64,000 nt of DNA from Octopus vulgaris (Eukaryota), in the NCBI GenBank assembly GCA_951406725.2, contig OX597829.1, positions 40,734,001 through 40,798,000 on the forward strand, given 5' to 3'. Made by a program: the position numbers and the translations under genes. Positions 1-15,475 of this stretch are shown in pieces (position 1 is the first letter of the stretch; each line of letters begins with the position of its first letter). The notes beneath the pieces were generated by a model, which was given only the letters and a program-made list of their open reading frames with translations, was not told the DNA's origin and did no database searches.

Positions 1-498
1 TGCCAACAGTCGACTTTTTTTTTTCAAGCAAGGTAATATTTCTTTTTCCATGACCAGAGATGCTTTTCATGGAAGACAGGAAACGAAAGACACCACTTGT
101 ATGAAGGTGACATTCCTTTACAACCATCATGCTAAGTCAAAGCAACAACACAGTAACACGCACACGCATACACACATATACATATGCAATGGTCTTCTTT
201 CAGTTTCTCTCTACCAAATCCTCTCACAAGGCTTTGGTCTGCTCATGTCTATTGTTGAAGGCATTTTCCCTAGCTGCCAAGCAGTGGGACTGAGCCCAAA
301 ACCATGTGGTTGGAAAGCAAACTTCACACCACACAGCCATGCCCACCCTACATATCTATCTATCGGTCAGTCTGTCTCACTGTCTCTTTTTGTCTGTCTA
401 ACTCTATCATTTTATCTGTGTATTTAATATCTATCACCGATGCTAGCATGGAAGGTGGACGTTAAATGATGATGATGATGGTGATGATGATGATCTGG

Positions 499-870
499 CC
501 AGGAGTGACTGTGTGGTAAGAAGCTTGCTTCCCACCCATGTGGTTCTGGGTCCAGTCCCACTGCATGGCACCTTGGGCAGGTCTTCTGTAACCTTGGACT
601 GACCAAAACCTTACAAGTAGATTTTGTACACAGAAGTTGAAAAACACTATTGTATTTGTGTGTTTGTCGCCCCCCCCCCCATCACACTTGACAACCGGTG
701 TTGGTGTGTTTACATCCCTGTAACTTAGTGGTTTGGCAAACGAGACCGATAGAGTAAGTACCGAGCTTTAAAAAGTAATAAGTTCTGGGATCAATTCATT
801 CGACTTAAAATTCAAGGTGGTGCCCCAGCCTGGCCGCAGTCTTAAAGACTGAAACAGATAGAGGATGAAA
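499..870 (+). mobile_element. SINE family A (diverged)
   Basis: caggagtgactgtgtggtaagaagcttgc ... gactgaaacagata; matches family A. Confidence 0.7.
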
Positions 871-1707
871 GACACGTGTGTGTGTGTGTGTGTTTCCATT
901 AATATAAGTATGAAGATGATGGTTTACATTGTTTGATTGTACGTGTGTGTTTCTAAATCTCTATGTATGATGGCTGTGTACCAATACATGTCACTGCCTT
1001 GTATACATAATCTGTGTGTGTGTGTGTGTGTGTTCTTATGTCCACATGACAAATCTTTGTTGAGATCTTATATTGTCTTAAGTAGCCATTCTCTCCAGAA
1101 TTGAATTTTTCCCTTGTTGTTGTTGTTGTTGTTGTCGTTGTCTCATATTTAAACTTATCATTTACTATACACAATTTGTCGATTTTTTTTTTTTTTTTTT
1201 TTAGTTAATTAATTCTCTTTAGTTGCGGCTGTTGTTGTTATTATTATTATTATTATTATTATTGCTGTTCTTGTTGATATTGTCATCATAGTGCTGGTGC
1301 TATTGTTGAATTAGATAACTGTGATTAACAGTCATCCACAACAAGATTTCTTCCTGAAGAATATGGAGAAGAATGGAGAATTCTTTGTAATTTTTTTACA
1401 CTCAAGATGTGTTTTTTTTTTAAAGTAGTTATTTAATTTCTCCCTCCTATTAACCAGAGTTAAGTTTTGTCATTTTCCATAGCATCATTCTCCACACTTC
1501 TTCCTCTCTCTTTCTCTCTCTCCATAGATTCTATAACTGACTGGCTTTTTAATTAAATATAGAGACAGACAGACATATATTTAATTACTGTTAGCTGTTA
1601 CACTGATTTTAAGTAACAGGTTTGTTTTTTTTTACTTCAGATCCTTTCATACAACCACTGTGTCACTTTAACTGTAATCACTCAAAAGTTCCTTGGATCC
1701 TAGGGCC

Positions 1708-1971
1708 ACATGCCGTGCTTGAGAAGACCTATTGAGTCATGTACATCGAAATCAAATCACATACAAATGGAAATTGTAGTTGTGATCCCCGTGCCGGTGG
1801 CACATAAAAAGCACCGCTCGAACATGGCCGATGCCAGCACCGCCTTGATTGGCTTCTTGTACTGGTGGCACATAAAAAGCATCCACTACACTCATGGAGT
1901 GGTTGGCGTTAGGAAGGGCATCCAGCTGTAGAAACACTGCCAGATCAGACTGGAGTCTGGTTCAGCCGATG

Positions 1972-2033
<62 letters not shown>

Positions 2034-2215
2034 TATATAAACATGCGTTTTATATATATATATATAAACCGGCGTTAGGAAGGGCATCCAGCTGTAGAAA
2101 CACTGCCACATCTGACTGGCCTGGTGCAGCCTTCGGGCTTCCCAGACCCCAGTTGAACCGTTCAACCCATGCTAGCATGGAAAGCGGACGTTAAACGATG
2201 ATGATGATGATGATG
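1708..2215 (+). mobile_element. Family C RTE 3' UTR fragment(s) split by a (TA)n tract
   Basis: ggcgttaggaagggcatccagctgtagaaac occurs twice (~1905, ~2070) around a TA tract; (GAT)n tail at ~2197-2215. Confidence 0.7.
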
Positions 2216-2685
2216 CGCTGGTGGCTTCTTATCAAAACTTGTAGATGTCTGTCTCATTTTTTTCTTTATGCATTTTTTCTACATTGGAATCAACTTTTAT
2301 TTGTTTAAGTTAAAAATATTCCTTTATCACATTAATTATCTGTCTTTTCTTATTTTTACATTATCCTCCACCACACTAAAAAAAAAAATGGTTGTTTTAC
2401 TCCCAATTCTTTCTAACTTTTGTTATACTTTTGTCTTGTATTCTATAATCCAATTTCCACAATATTCTATTATGAAAAAACACACGTTTGTTATTTCAAG
2501 AGCAGTATGTTTGGTTACATGTTTAAGTTGTACAGTTACACTCACAAAAGTGATGTGGTTTCCCCAAAAAATGTTGTCATTAGGTTGGAGCACAGTCCCC
2601 TAAATCATTCTTGCTAAAGACACCAATTCCTTCAGTATATTTTCTATATTTGGAACTGAAATCTCAGAATGGTATTTATATATAA

Positions 2686-3085
2686 GGCGCAGGAGTGGCT
2701 GTGTGGTAAGTAGCTTGCTTACCAACCTCATGGTTCCGGGTTCAGTCCCACTGTGTGGCACCTTGGGCAAGTGTCTTCTACTATAGCCTCGGGCTGACCA
2801 AAGCCTTGTGAGTGGATTTGGTAGACGGAAACTGAAAGAAGCCTGTCGTATATATGTATATATATGTGTGTGTGTTTGTGTGTGTGTGTTTGTCCCCCCA
2901 ACATCGCTTGACAACCGATGCTGGTGTGTTTACATCCCCGTAACATAGCGGTTTGGCAAAAGAGACCGATAGAGTAAGTACTAGGCTTACAAAGAATAAG
3001 TCCTGGGGGTTGATTTCCTCGACTGAAGGCGGTGCTCCAGCATGGCCGCAGTCAAATGACTGAAACAAGTAAAAGAGTAAAAGAG
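2686..3085 (+). mobile_element. tRNA-headed SINE family A (full length, internal TA/TG microsatellite, (GTAAAAGA)n tail)
   Basis: A-box-like tggctgtgtgg and B-box-like gggttcagtccc; more than 15 related copies in the window. Confidence 0.85.
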
Positions 3086-3165
3086 TATATCTCTATAAAA
3101 GTAATAGCTCCAAACTTTTATTTGTGCGGTTTCTAAGATATGTTAAGGCCACACCAGGGGTTCTC

Positions 3166-3419
3166 GGTTCTCAACCATTTTTTACCTATGGATCCCTTTG
3201 ATTCTTGTTTTACTCAGTCAGACCCTTATAACTATTCAATGTTTTAAAAATCCTATTATATTTTTAGAATTTTATTTTATTAGGAGCTGTATAAAAAAAA
3301 AAATTGTTTAGATATTTTGTGTATAGCAGAAGTTTAAATAATTTATTGTAGATAAATTTTAACATCAAAATTTTATAAGGACCCCGAAGGGCCATATAGA
3401 CCCCAGTTGAGAACCACCA
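3166..3419. mobile_element. hAT/Charlie-like MITE
   Basis: GGTTCTCAAC ... GTTGAGAACC termini; related copy at ~50170-50657. Confidence 0.6.
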
Positions 3420-4514
3420 GTCTAGCTTTGTATTCCTAGTTTATACAGTGTTAACAGTAATTTTAACAAGTTGTTTTGTGGCTAACCCTTTTTAATTTGA
3501 ACCCTCCAAAAACAGTCACTGGTTCCTCTTTTACACACACAGATCTAAGCTAAAACCTTCCAGTGGAATTTTGTATTGATTTATGTTCCAAACAGTAATG
3601 AAGGTTAATAAAGACAATGTTATTTTACTGAATTCTTCATTATTTTCGGCTTTCATTGAAATGAAGGCGATGTATTTCAACAGAAATATGCTAACAAAGG
3701 GTTTGGACAGCGCCAATGTTTGTGTCTGTAAGTAGATTCTTGAGAGAGTGAGAGAGATAGAGAAGTTGGTAGACAAATAGGCAAGTTAACTCTAATTGAA
3801 ATTATTCCAGTCATTTGGAAATAATGATAATAATAAAAACAAAAAGAACTTTATGGAACTAGTTTGACATCAATTTAGAAGTGAATTTTAGAATTATTAT
3901 TTCATGTCTATAGCAAATCATTTCTTCTCTTCCTCAAATCGTTCAAACAACAGATGTTTGGAAGTCTAGGATTGTTGTTTGTGATTTTGAATAGATTGAA
4001 AATTGTGTTTGCACAATATTTGGAGAACATTCTGACAGGAGTCGTGATGAGCATGATTATTCCATAGACTTCCATTTTTAGATTCAAAATAAGAGAAAGA
4101 GTAAGGTAAGAAACTAACCAGCTCAGAGGATATTATTTCATATCCACTGCAGGTATTCATCATCATCATCATCATCATCATCATCTCCATAATCATTTTA
4201 ATTAATGTCCACTTTTCCATGCTGGCATGGGTTGGACAGAATTTGTTGAAGCAGATTTCCTACAGTCAGATACATCTTCCTGTCTCTAACTTTCACCTGT
4301 TTCCAAGCAGGGTAGTAAATTGTACAAAGAAGCACCTTAATGACCAGCTCTATATTACAACATCTGTTAGTCTGGTTAATAAAATGTTACACTGAGATAT
4401 ATATGTAAGTGTGTGTGTGTGTGTGTTACATAATATATATTCATATTCAAAACCATGAATATTATTGATAGTGGCTTCAAGATCATTGTCAATTCTTGTT
4501 AAAGAATGATAAAT

Positions 4515-4745
4515 TTGTTGTATTTAGGAATGGCCATTTTGCCAGTTTAGCCAATAAAAACACACGCACTATATATTTGGTGTTAATTTGCTTCAGCTTT
4601 ATCTATTTTTTATTTTTTACATTAATCTTAACCGTATTTCGGCCAGAGTTCTTTCGTCACTAAACTGGCAAAATGACCATTCCTAAATACAACAATATCT
4701 GTTTCAACACACGATTTCACATCAAAAATCTTGCAAAACAAATAT
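4515..4745. mobile_element. Inverted-repeat insertion (36-bp arms) plus tail, related to the 16.8-kb and 19.4-kb fold-backs
   Basis: Arms 4515-4550 and 4660-4695 (1 mismatch); tail TTCAACACACGATTTCACATCAAAAATCTTGC. Confidence 0.65.
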
Positions 4746-4914
4746 ATAAACGTAAAAATTATAAATCTGCATGCTACCAAAGTATAAAGTAAACCTTCAG
4801 CTTAAATGTAAGATTGTTTTTATTATTATTACTGATCATTAAAAACAAACGTTAATATAGGACAGACAGATGCATAGATGTGCATATTGGTTAAATGCCT
4901 CCTACTATAGTGCC

Positions 4915-5280
4915 CTAAAGTCCAACCCCTCCTCAAAGCGGTAGGGTGGTGTAAACAGGCAGTGTCAGAGCTATACCGTCGGGGACTTTGGTTCCTGGTA
5001 GGGCCACCCAAGGTGGATTTGTCTGGCATCGAGCGGTATTAGGGCCACAGCCTGGTGAAAATTCCAAGAGGCGTCTGATCAGCAACCAGCGGCTTCGAGG
5101 TCGTTCTCTCCCTGCGTCTGTGGAGACTCCGCGGCAAACAGGGCATCCCATCACTCGGGATATGCATGTGGGATGTCGGGGACCGCTTGTGAATTCAATA
5201 TTCCCACGAAACTTCTATGAGAGAAGAAGCCGGCTCAACCGTGCCCTGGGTGAACGCTGTCACAAGTACAAGTAAGTAAG
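4915..5280 (+). mobile_element. Short non-autonomous retroelement with RTE-like 5' UTR head and (AAGT)n tail, 12-bp TSD
   Basis: TACTATAGTGCC at 4903-4914 and 5281-5292. Head motif gagctataccg...cctggtagggccacccaagg; tail caagtacaagtaagtaag. Nested inside a decayed family A SINE. Confidence 0.75.
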
Positions 5281-6569
5281 TACTATAGTGCCAGGTGAAC
5301 TGATGCCATCTGAGTGAATTTGGTGCACGGAAACTGAGTGGAAGCCTATTGTATATACGTGTGTGTTTGTGTTTGTCTCCACCACCACAAGCACTTGACA
5401 ACCGGTGTTGGTTTGTTTATAGTCCCATGGCATTAATGGTTCTGCAAAAGAAGAAATGCAGAATAAGAACCAGACATGAATGAATAGTACTGAGTCAATT
5501 TGTTTAGATAAACCCTTTAAGATAGTAACCCCTACATGGCTGCTGTCCAATAACTGAAGCAAGTAAAAGATAGACAGGCAGACAGATAATGCACGACAAA
5601 ATAAGATCTTTTATCCTGTTTAAGTCATTAGACTGTGGTCATGCTGGGATGCTGCCATGAAGAATATTTTTCAGTCAAATCAACCCCAGGACTTTTTTCT
5701 TCTTCTAAACATGGTGCTTATTCTATTGGTTTCTTTTTGATGAACTACTAAGTTAAAGAGACAAGCGGTGGTGGGTGACAAATACACACACAAACAAATA
5801 TATATATATTTGGACTTCTTTCAGTTTCTGTCTACCAAATCCATTCACAAGACTTTAGTCGACCTGAGGTGATAGAAGACACTTGCCCAAAGTACCACAC
5901 AGTGGGACTGAACCCAGAACCCCGTGGTTGGGAAACAAACCTGTTAACATACAGCCACGCCTACATATGGAGTAGATTTCACTATGACTACCTTAGTAGT
6001 AAAATTTCGTTTGTTGATTACCGTTGGTTGGTTTAAGTATTAAAACTATACAGTGTCGCAATAAAAATGTTTTGAACCATGCACTCTTAGTCGTAAGCCA
6101 AGATACATGAAAAATGTCGAGGGGAATCTGACTCCAGGAGACCTCAAAACAGAAGAATTCTGACACAGCAAAAAAAGAAGTCGTTGCTGTCTCTGAAAGA
6201 GAAAGAAAACAAATAGAACGAACTTTCAGTACACACAAACATGTGCACGCGTGAGCACACACACACACACATGCATGCACACGCATACACACTCACGCAC
6301 ATACTATGCTTTGACACTGAGTAATTCATATCAAAGACACAGACACACACACACACACACAATGGTATTTTCTTTTAAGTAATCTTCTGAATTAAAAGAA
6401 AATATTAGTGTTTTGTTTTGTGTGTGTGTGTGTGTGTGGATTGTGTATGTGTCTCCGTGTGTGTGTGTGTGTATATCTTATGTAATTTCATGATTTATGA
6501 ATGACATTTGTTTTAGATGAGTCTCATCTTTCCTCTCTCTCTCTGTCTTTCTCTCTCTTTATCTGTGTG

Positions 6570-6968
<399 letters not shown>

Positions 6969-7937
6969 CTTTGTTTACTGTATATAGTGTATTTATATAT
7001 ATCTAATGTATATACATACATTGTGTGTGTGTGTGTGTGGTGGGTGTGGGTGTGTTTGTCACTTGTTTCTGAATGTCTGTGTCTGATTATGTTTTAGAGG
7101 TTTGTGTGCTGTGGATAAAGTATTCTATGAAATTCTTTAATAAAGTAAAAAGTGCATGATTGTATTAATCAGATTCTACTTCTGTCTGTCTCTCTGTCTA
7201 TCTATCTACCTGTCTGTTTGTTTATCTATCTGTCTATTTGTCTGTCTATCAATCTATCATTTTGCCCATTTAGCTGCCCATTTAGCTGCCCATCTACCCA
7301 CTTACTTATGTGTCTCTGTCAATCTATCTATCTACTGTCTATGTCTGTCTGTGTGTCTGTCTATCTATCTACCTGTCTTTCTATCTATTTATCAGTCTAT
7401 TTGTCTATCTATCTATGCCAGTCTATCTGCCTATGTAACTGTTTGTTTGTCTCTGTCTATCTTGTCTACCAACATATCTATATATCTAGTTACTACCTAT
7501 CTACCTCTCTCTCTCTCCATATATATATATATATACATATATATACATATGCATACATATATATATATATATACATATATATATATTATATGTGTGTGTA
7601 CTTTTTTTGTTTTTTTTTTCTTACACTCTTGTCTGTCATGTTTCCGGTTGGTTGGATCAGTCTTACAAGGAATGTAAGCTGGTTCACACCAGAGCAAGCA
7701 TGATTGATGGTAATTATGACTGAGTCTCGGCTAGAGAGAGGGGGAGTCAAAGGTTAAACACGTAATTTGGCACCTATAAGTAAACTATACCATAATCATG
7801 CCACCAGCTGACGATATGATAACCATGGCGAGGTGGGGGTAGGGGTTGGTGCAGAGGGGGCAGTGCTGACTGGCACTGATTTTGGTGACACTGGGGCATG
7901 TGAAATCTTCCCAAGAACTCAGAGGTCTCTCTCTCCG

Positions 7938-7968
<31 letters not shown>

Positions 7969-8465
7969 GTTCTTTCCCTTTCTCTTCTCTCTCTCTCTCT
8001 CTCTCTCTCCCTCTTTCTCTCACACACTTCATAAGCAATTGTATTTCACTTAGCAAATGTGTGTGTGTGTATGTATTTATATAAACCATATGAATATGTG
8101 TATACTTATAGATATAATGCACACTTGTATGCATGGATATGTACTTCTACACACACTCGCGTGTGCGCACATATGTCTATGTATATATATAGTGTGTGTG
8201 TATAGTTGTGTATCTCTGCGTGTGTGTGTGTATAGTTATGTATCCCTGCATGTGTGTGTGTATGTGTATATATATATACATAGTCCAACCCATGCTAGCA
8301 TGGAAAACGGACGCTAAACGATGATGATGATGATGATGATGATGTATATATATATATCACCATGACCGACCAGGCTATCAGATGTTGCTACACATCACTG
8401 GTCACAATGTGCTTCACATTGTTTTAGCCTTCAAATGACACCACTCTGCTGGCTAAGTGAGCAGG

Positions 8466-8518
<53 letters not shown>

Positions 8519-9236
8519 ACCCGGGAAGACCTGGGATGAAGTGGTGAAGCAAGATCTTCAAACATTAGGCCTCACCAAGGCAATGACTAGTGACTGAGAC
8601 CATTGGAAATATGCTGTGCTTGAGAACCCGGCAAGCCAAGTGAGACCATAACCTCGTGACCTATGCCAGGGGTGTAACCAGCCCACTTATGCATACCTCT
8701 CCTTCAATGGACACTAAATTCTGCTTGCGAAGACCTGTTGAGGCAAGTGAAATCGAAATCAAATTTGATGACGGGCATCCGTGCTTGTGGAGCGCTAAGA
8801 TCACCATCCGAGCATGATCATTGCCAGACCAGAACATGTAACTGGCTTTGGTGCCAGTGGCATGTAAAAAGCACCATTCAAACGTAATCATTACCAGCAT
8901 CGCCTTACTGGCACTTGTGCCCGTGGCACATGAAAAAAACATTCAAGCGCAGTCATTGCCGCTTGACTGACTACTGTGCAGGTGGCACATAAAAAGCACC
9001 ATTTGAGCATGGCCGTGACCAGTACTGCCTGACTGGCCCTCCTTCCGGTGGAATGTAAAAGCACCCACTACACACTTGGAGTGGTTGGCATTAGGAAGGA
9101 CATCCAGCTGTAGAAACTCTGCCGGATCAGATTGGAGTCTGGTGCAGCCATCTGGTTTGCCAGTCCTCAGTTAAATCATCCAACCCATGCTAGCATGGAA
9201 AGCGGACGTTAAACGACGACGATGATGATGATGATT
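8519..9236 (+). mobile_element. RTE-clade LINE 3' end (family C): ORF C-terminus, 3' UTR with GGCACGTAAAAAGCACC-type subrepeats, (GAT)n tail
   Basis: Begins RKTWDEVVKQDLQTLGLTKAMTSD*DHWKYAV; ends ...catgctagcatggaaagcggacgttaaacgacgacgatgatgatg. Many shorter copies occur in the window. Confidence 0.8.
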
Positions 9237-9558
9237 GTGTATATGTAAGATCTGAGGGTTGAGATGTAGGAAGAAAGTAAGCTTCAAGCAATCCATAAGA
9301 AATATTTTTAAAAATAACTTTCAGGAACAACAGTGGTTTATTGCGTCCGAAGGTTATGAATGTTTTTCCATATTGAAGTACAATAAGCTGGAAAAAATTC
9401 CGATTGGATCCTCTGGATGTTAAACATTGGCCTCTTAACAACAATGTAAACTTCATTTAACCAATTGCTCTTAAATTTGGTTTTGGTCGTTTTGACTGCT
9501 ACTTCTAGCATGTAAGGCTGCTTGTTAAGGGTCACTTCTATTGTGTTTAAATGTACAC

Positions 9559-9610
<52 letters not shown>

Positions 9611-9705
9611 ATGATATCAAAGGGAAATGGAAATTAATTAAAATTTACATTTCCAGTGGTCTAACGTGTAAAAAATTTAGTCAAAAAAAACTATATATTA
9701 GTCAT

Positions 9706-9943
9706 ACGATATAGTGTATATTTAAACACATAAGGAATCCACTTATAGGAATTCAACACGCTAGAAAGAACAGGTAGGTTCTATAACCACAAAAATTAGG
9801 GATAAAATTCGACAGGAATTCTTCAATTCGTTCCTGTCGAATTTTACCCCTAATTTTTGTGGTTATAGAACCTAGCTGCTCTTTCTAGCGTGTTGAATTC
9901 CTATAAGTGGATTCCTTATGTATTTGAATATACACTCTATCGT
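9706..9943. repeat. ~113-bp-arm inverted repeat with 12-nt loop, inside a (TA)n-flanked insert
   Basis: acgatatagtgtata...aattcgacaggaa [ttcttcaattcg] ttcctgtcgaatt...tatacactctatcgt. Confidence 0.85.
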
Positions 9944-10033
9944 GTATATATATATATATATATTTGTGCGTGTGTATGTATGCATGTGTATATATATATA
10001 TATATATATATTTTATGCATGTGTATGTATGCA

Positions 10034-10076
<43 letters not shown>

Positions 10077-10092
10077 GCGTGTGTATGTATGC

Positions 10093-10154
<62 letters not shown>

Positions 10155-10371
10155 CTCTCTTTACTCTTTTACTTGTTTCAGTCATTTGACTGCGGTCATG
10201 CTGGAGCACCACCTTTAATTGAGCAACTCGACCCCGACTCTTATTCTTTGTAAGCCCAGTACTTATTCTATTGGTCTCTTTTGCCGAACCGCTAAGTGAC
10301 GAGGACATAAACACCAGCATCGGTTGTCAAGCAATACTAGGGGGACAAACACAGACACACAAACACACACG

Positions 10372-10409
<38 letters not shown>

Positions 10410-10591
10410 TATATATATGCATATATACAACGGGCTTCTTTCAGTTTCCGTCTACCAAGTCCTCTCGCAAGGCTTTGGTCGGCCCGAGGCTATTGTAGAA
10501 GACACTTGCCCAAAGGTGCCACACAGTGGGACTGAACCCGGAACCATGTGGCTGGTAAGTGAGCTACTTACCGCACAGCCACTCCTGCGCC
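10155..10591 (-). mobile_element. SINE family A
   Basis: Reverse complement of family A ending cacagccactcctgcgcc. Confidence 0.85.
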
Positions 10592-10913
10592 TATATGCAT
10601 ACACACACACACAGACACATTCTTACATCAATTTAATAACAATATTTGACATTAAAGTTTTTTAAGTGCACCGAGTGCTACGTAGTGAATTCAAGTATTG
10701 CCTGAGCCATTGTGAAGGAAGAACTCTAACCTGACTGCGTTCATTGTTTATTTCTTTGTAGTCGTTTCTTCCTCATTTCACTTCATATTTTTTTTTTTTT
10801 TTTAGCTGGTTTGCATAATTCATTCTGAAAATGTGTACAATGAATCATTGTTCGAGAAAATGCGCACACACCTGCATACAGACTTACATATGCACACACA
10901 CATGCATACATAC

Positions 10914-10947
<34 letters not shown>

Positions 10948-11585
10948 TTACACAGATACATATACACATGTATGTACACACATATATACACAGTTAAACT
11001 CATGTAAGCATATATTCACATGCATATAAATATATATATATATACATGCATATATAATAAAGAGAGAGAGAGAGAGGGAGACATGCATACATTCATGTAT
11101 ACACACTCCTACACAAACTTCATTTGTAAATACATACATACACACACACACACACATATATATATATATGTCTGTAAATATATACATATATATATTTACA
11201 CACACATATACATATGTATGTACACACATATATACACAGTTAAACTCATGTAAGCATATATTCACACGCATATAAATATATATATACATGCATATACAAT
11301 AAAGAGAGAGAGAGGGAGACATGCATACATTCATGTATACACACTCCTACTCAAACTTCATTTGTAATTGCATACATACATATATATATATATATATACA
11401 CACAGACACATATGCATATGTATGTACACACATATATACACAGTTAAACTCATGTAAGCATATATTCACATGCATATAAATAAATATATATATATTTATA
11501 TATATATATATATATATACATGCATATATAATAGAGAGAGAGAGAGGGAGACATGCATAGATTCATGTATACACACTCCTACTCA
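10948..11585. repeat. Tandem triplication of a ~200-250-bp composite unit
   Basis: cacagttaaactcatgtaagcatatattcac and (GA)n-gggagacatgcata...tacacactcctac each occur three times in order. Confidence 0.85.
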
Positions 11586-11901
11586 ATATGTGTGTTTGCA
11601 TACAATGTGTGTATGTGTTTGTGTATATGCAGATGTGTTCGTCTGTGTGTCGATTTTACTTTCACGTCACTTAAAATCTGATGTCTTTCTTTTTCTTTTT
11701 TTACTATATTCCATAACTTCGTGGTTTGACAAATGAAGATTGATAAAATGAGTAACAGATAGATAAGCAATGGAGTTGATGTGATTGACAAAACCCTGCA
11801 AGACTGTGCCCCCAGTATGGCTGCACTCTAATGATCAAAACCAGTACAACAATTCAAGAATTTTATACACATTTTTATGCAGATTAACTGCTTTAGTGGG
11901 G

Positions 11902-11976
<75 letters not shown>

Positions 11977-12133
11977 CCACTATCTTTCTTTCTTTGTGAT
12001 GTGAGAGAATTTTAATTGTAGAAGCTAAAAACAAAAGACGAAAAAATCTGTCAGTCAAAATAATACTCTTAAAGTGTTTTTGGCCATTTCGATTGTTGAA
12101 GTGCTCCAGTTATGAAATGAGCCATGGTATATA

Positions 12134-12668
12134 TCATCATCATCATCATTTAACGTCCGTTTTCCATGCTAGCATGGGTTGGACGGTACAACTGGGGCCT
12201 GGGAAGCCAGAAGGCTGCACCAATCCCAGTTTGATCTGGCAGTGTTTCTACAGCTGGATGCCCTTCCTAACGCCAACCACTCCGTGAGTGTAGTGGGTGC
12301 CACGATTGGATGGTGCTTTTTACGTGCCACTGGCACAGAGGCCTGTCGGGGTGGCACTGGCAACGGCCACGTTTGGATGGTTCACTCACGTGCCACCAGC
12401 ACTGGTATCACAGCTACAATTTCCATTGATGTTGATCGATTTCGATTCTGATTCTCACTTGCCTCAACAGGTCTTCACAAGTAGAGTTTTGTGTCCCAAG
12501 AAGGAAAGATATGCATAAGTGGACTGGCTACATCCCAGGTAGAGGCCATGGGTTATGGTCTCACTTGTCCTGCCGGGTCCTCTCACGCACAGCATACTTC
12601 CATAGGTCTCGGTCTCTAGTCATTTCCTTGGTGAGACCTAAAGTTCGAAGCTTGTACTTCACCACCTC
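12134..12668 (-). mobile_element. RTE-clade LINE 3' end (family C)
   Basis: Minus strand EVVKYKLRTLGLTKEMTRDRDLWKYAVRERTRQDK* plus the same 3' UTR and tail as 8519-9236. Confidence 0.8.
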
Positions 12669-12682
12669 GATATATATATAAA

Positions 12683-12913
12683 GGCAGTGAGCTGGCAGAA
12701 TCGTTAGCACGCCGGGCAAAATGCTAAACGGTATTTCGTCTGCCGTTATGTTCTCAGTTCAAATTCTGCCGAGGTTGACTTTGCCTTTCATCCTTTCGGG
12801 GTTGATAAATTAAGTACCAGTTACGCATTGGGGTCAATGTAATCAACTTAATCCATTTGTCTATCCTTGTTTGTCCCCTCTATGTTTAGCCCCTTGTGGG
12901 TAGTAAAGAAATA
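12683..12913 (+). mobile_element. SINE family B (GGCGGCGAGCTGGCAGAA head; central GCCTTTCATCCTTTCGGGGTCGATAAATTAAGTACCAG domain)
   Basis: A-box-like tggcagaatcg and B-box-like gttcaaattc; many copies. The central domain resembles the conserved MetaSINE/Sauria-type core (from memory, unverified). Confidence 0.8.
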
Positions 12914-12936
12914 TATATATATATATACATATATAT

Positions 12937-13245
12937 CATCATCATCATCATCGTTTAACGTCCGTTCTCCATGCTAGCATGGGTTGGACGGTTCAACCGG
13001 GGATCTGGGAAGCCAGAAGGCTGCACCAGGCTCTAGTCTTATCTGGCAATGTTTCTACAGCTGGATGCCCTTCCTAACGCCAACCACTCTGTGAGTGTAG
13101 TGGGTGCTTTTTACGTGCCACCTGCACAGGTGCCAGGCGAGGCTGGCAACGGCCACGGTCGGATTGGTGTATTTTATGTGTCACCGGCATGGAAGCCAGT
13201 CGAGGTGGCGCTGGCATCGGCCACGAGTCGGATAGTGCTTTTTAG
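12937..13245 (-). mobile_element. Family C RTE 3' UTR fragment
   Basis: catcatcatcgtttaacgtccg...ctacagctggatgcccttcctaacgccaaccact matches the other copies. Confidence 0.75.
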
Positions 13246-13247
13246 TG

Positions 13248-13306
<59 letters not shown>

Positions 13307-13620
13307 ATGTGAGTTTAGAGGAATATATTATCTGGGCAGATGCTGTGGTAGCTCTCAGTTATGTTCCTGGTTATGGCTAACTGCATCGATTAGTATTTAA
13401 TGACTACTAGAATTTGTCACTTTGAGCCAAGTTCGCTTGAGCAGCTAGTTGAAATACACTGAACGAAGTTGCACAGAAAATTATTCCCAGATACATATGC
13501 TGCTGTTCTTACTCTATACAGTAAAATTAATCATTTGTATCAAACAAATTTCACTTACTTCCAGAGTTTATTTATAATGAACTTAACAAAACCTGTTTAC
13601 AATGAGCCTCACCTCCCACA

Positions 13621-13666
<46 letters not shown>

Positions 13667-13734
13667 GAGGGAGAGAGAGAAGGAGTTAAAGAGAGAGAGA
13701 GATTTTCTGTCTAGCAAGATTTCTATGTTTCTAA

Positions 13735-15475
<1,741 letters not shown>

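Noticed and set aside
2600-3068. Recurrent ORFs such as RLPNPLTRLWSARGYSRRHLPKVP and [13 protein letters not shown]
   Set aside because: They recur because they are antisense translations of SINE family A, not a gene family.
6105-6235. Coding-looking stretch (MKNVEGNLTPGDLKTEEF*)
   Set aside because: Short, terminates early, and lacks clear splice sites.
8780-9070. CRISPR-like spaced repeats (GGCACGTAAAAAGCACC units)
   Set aside because: Degenerate subrepeats in an RTE 3' UTR of a eukaryote; spacers are related to each other and there are no cas genes.
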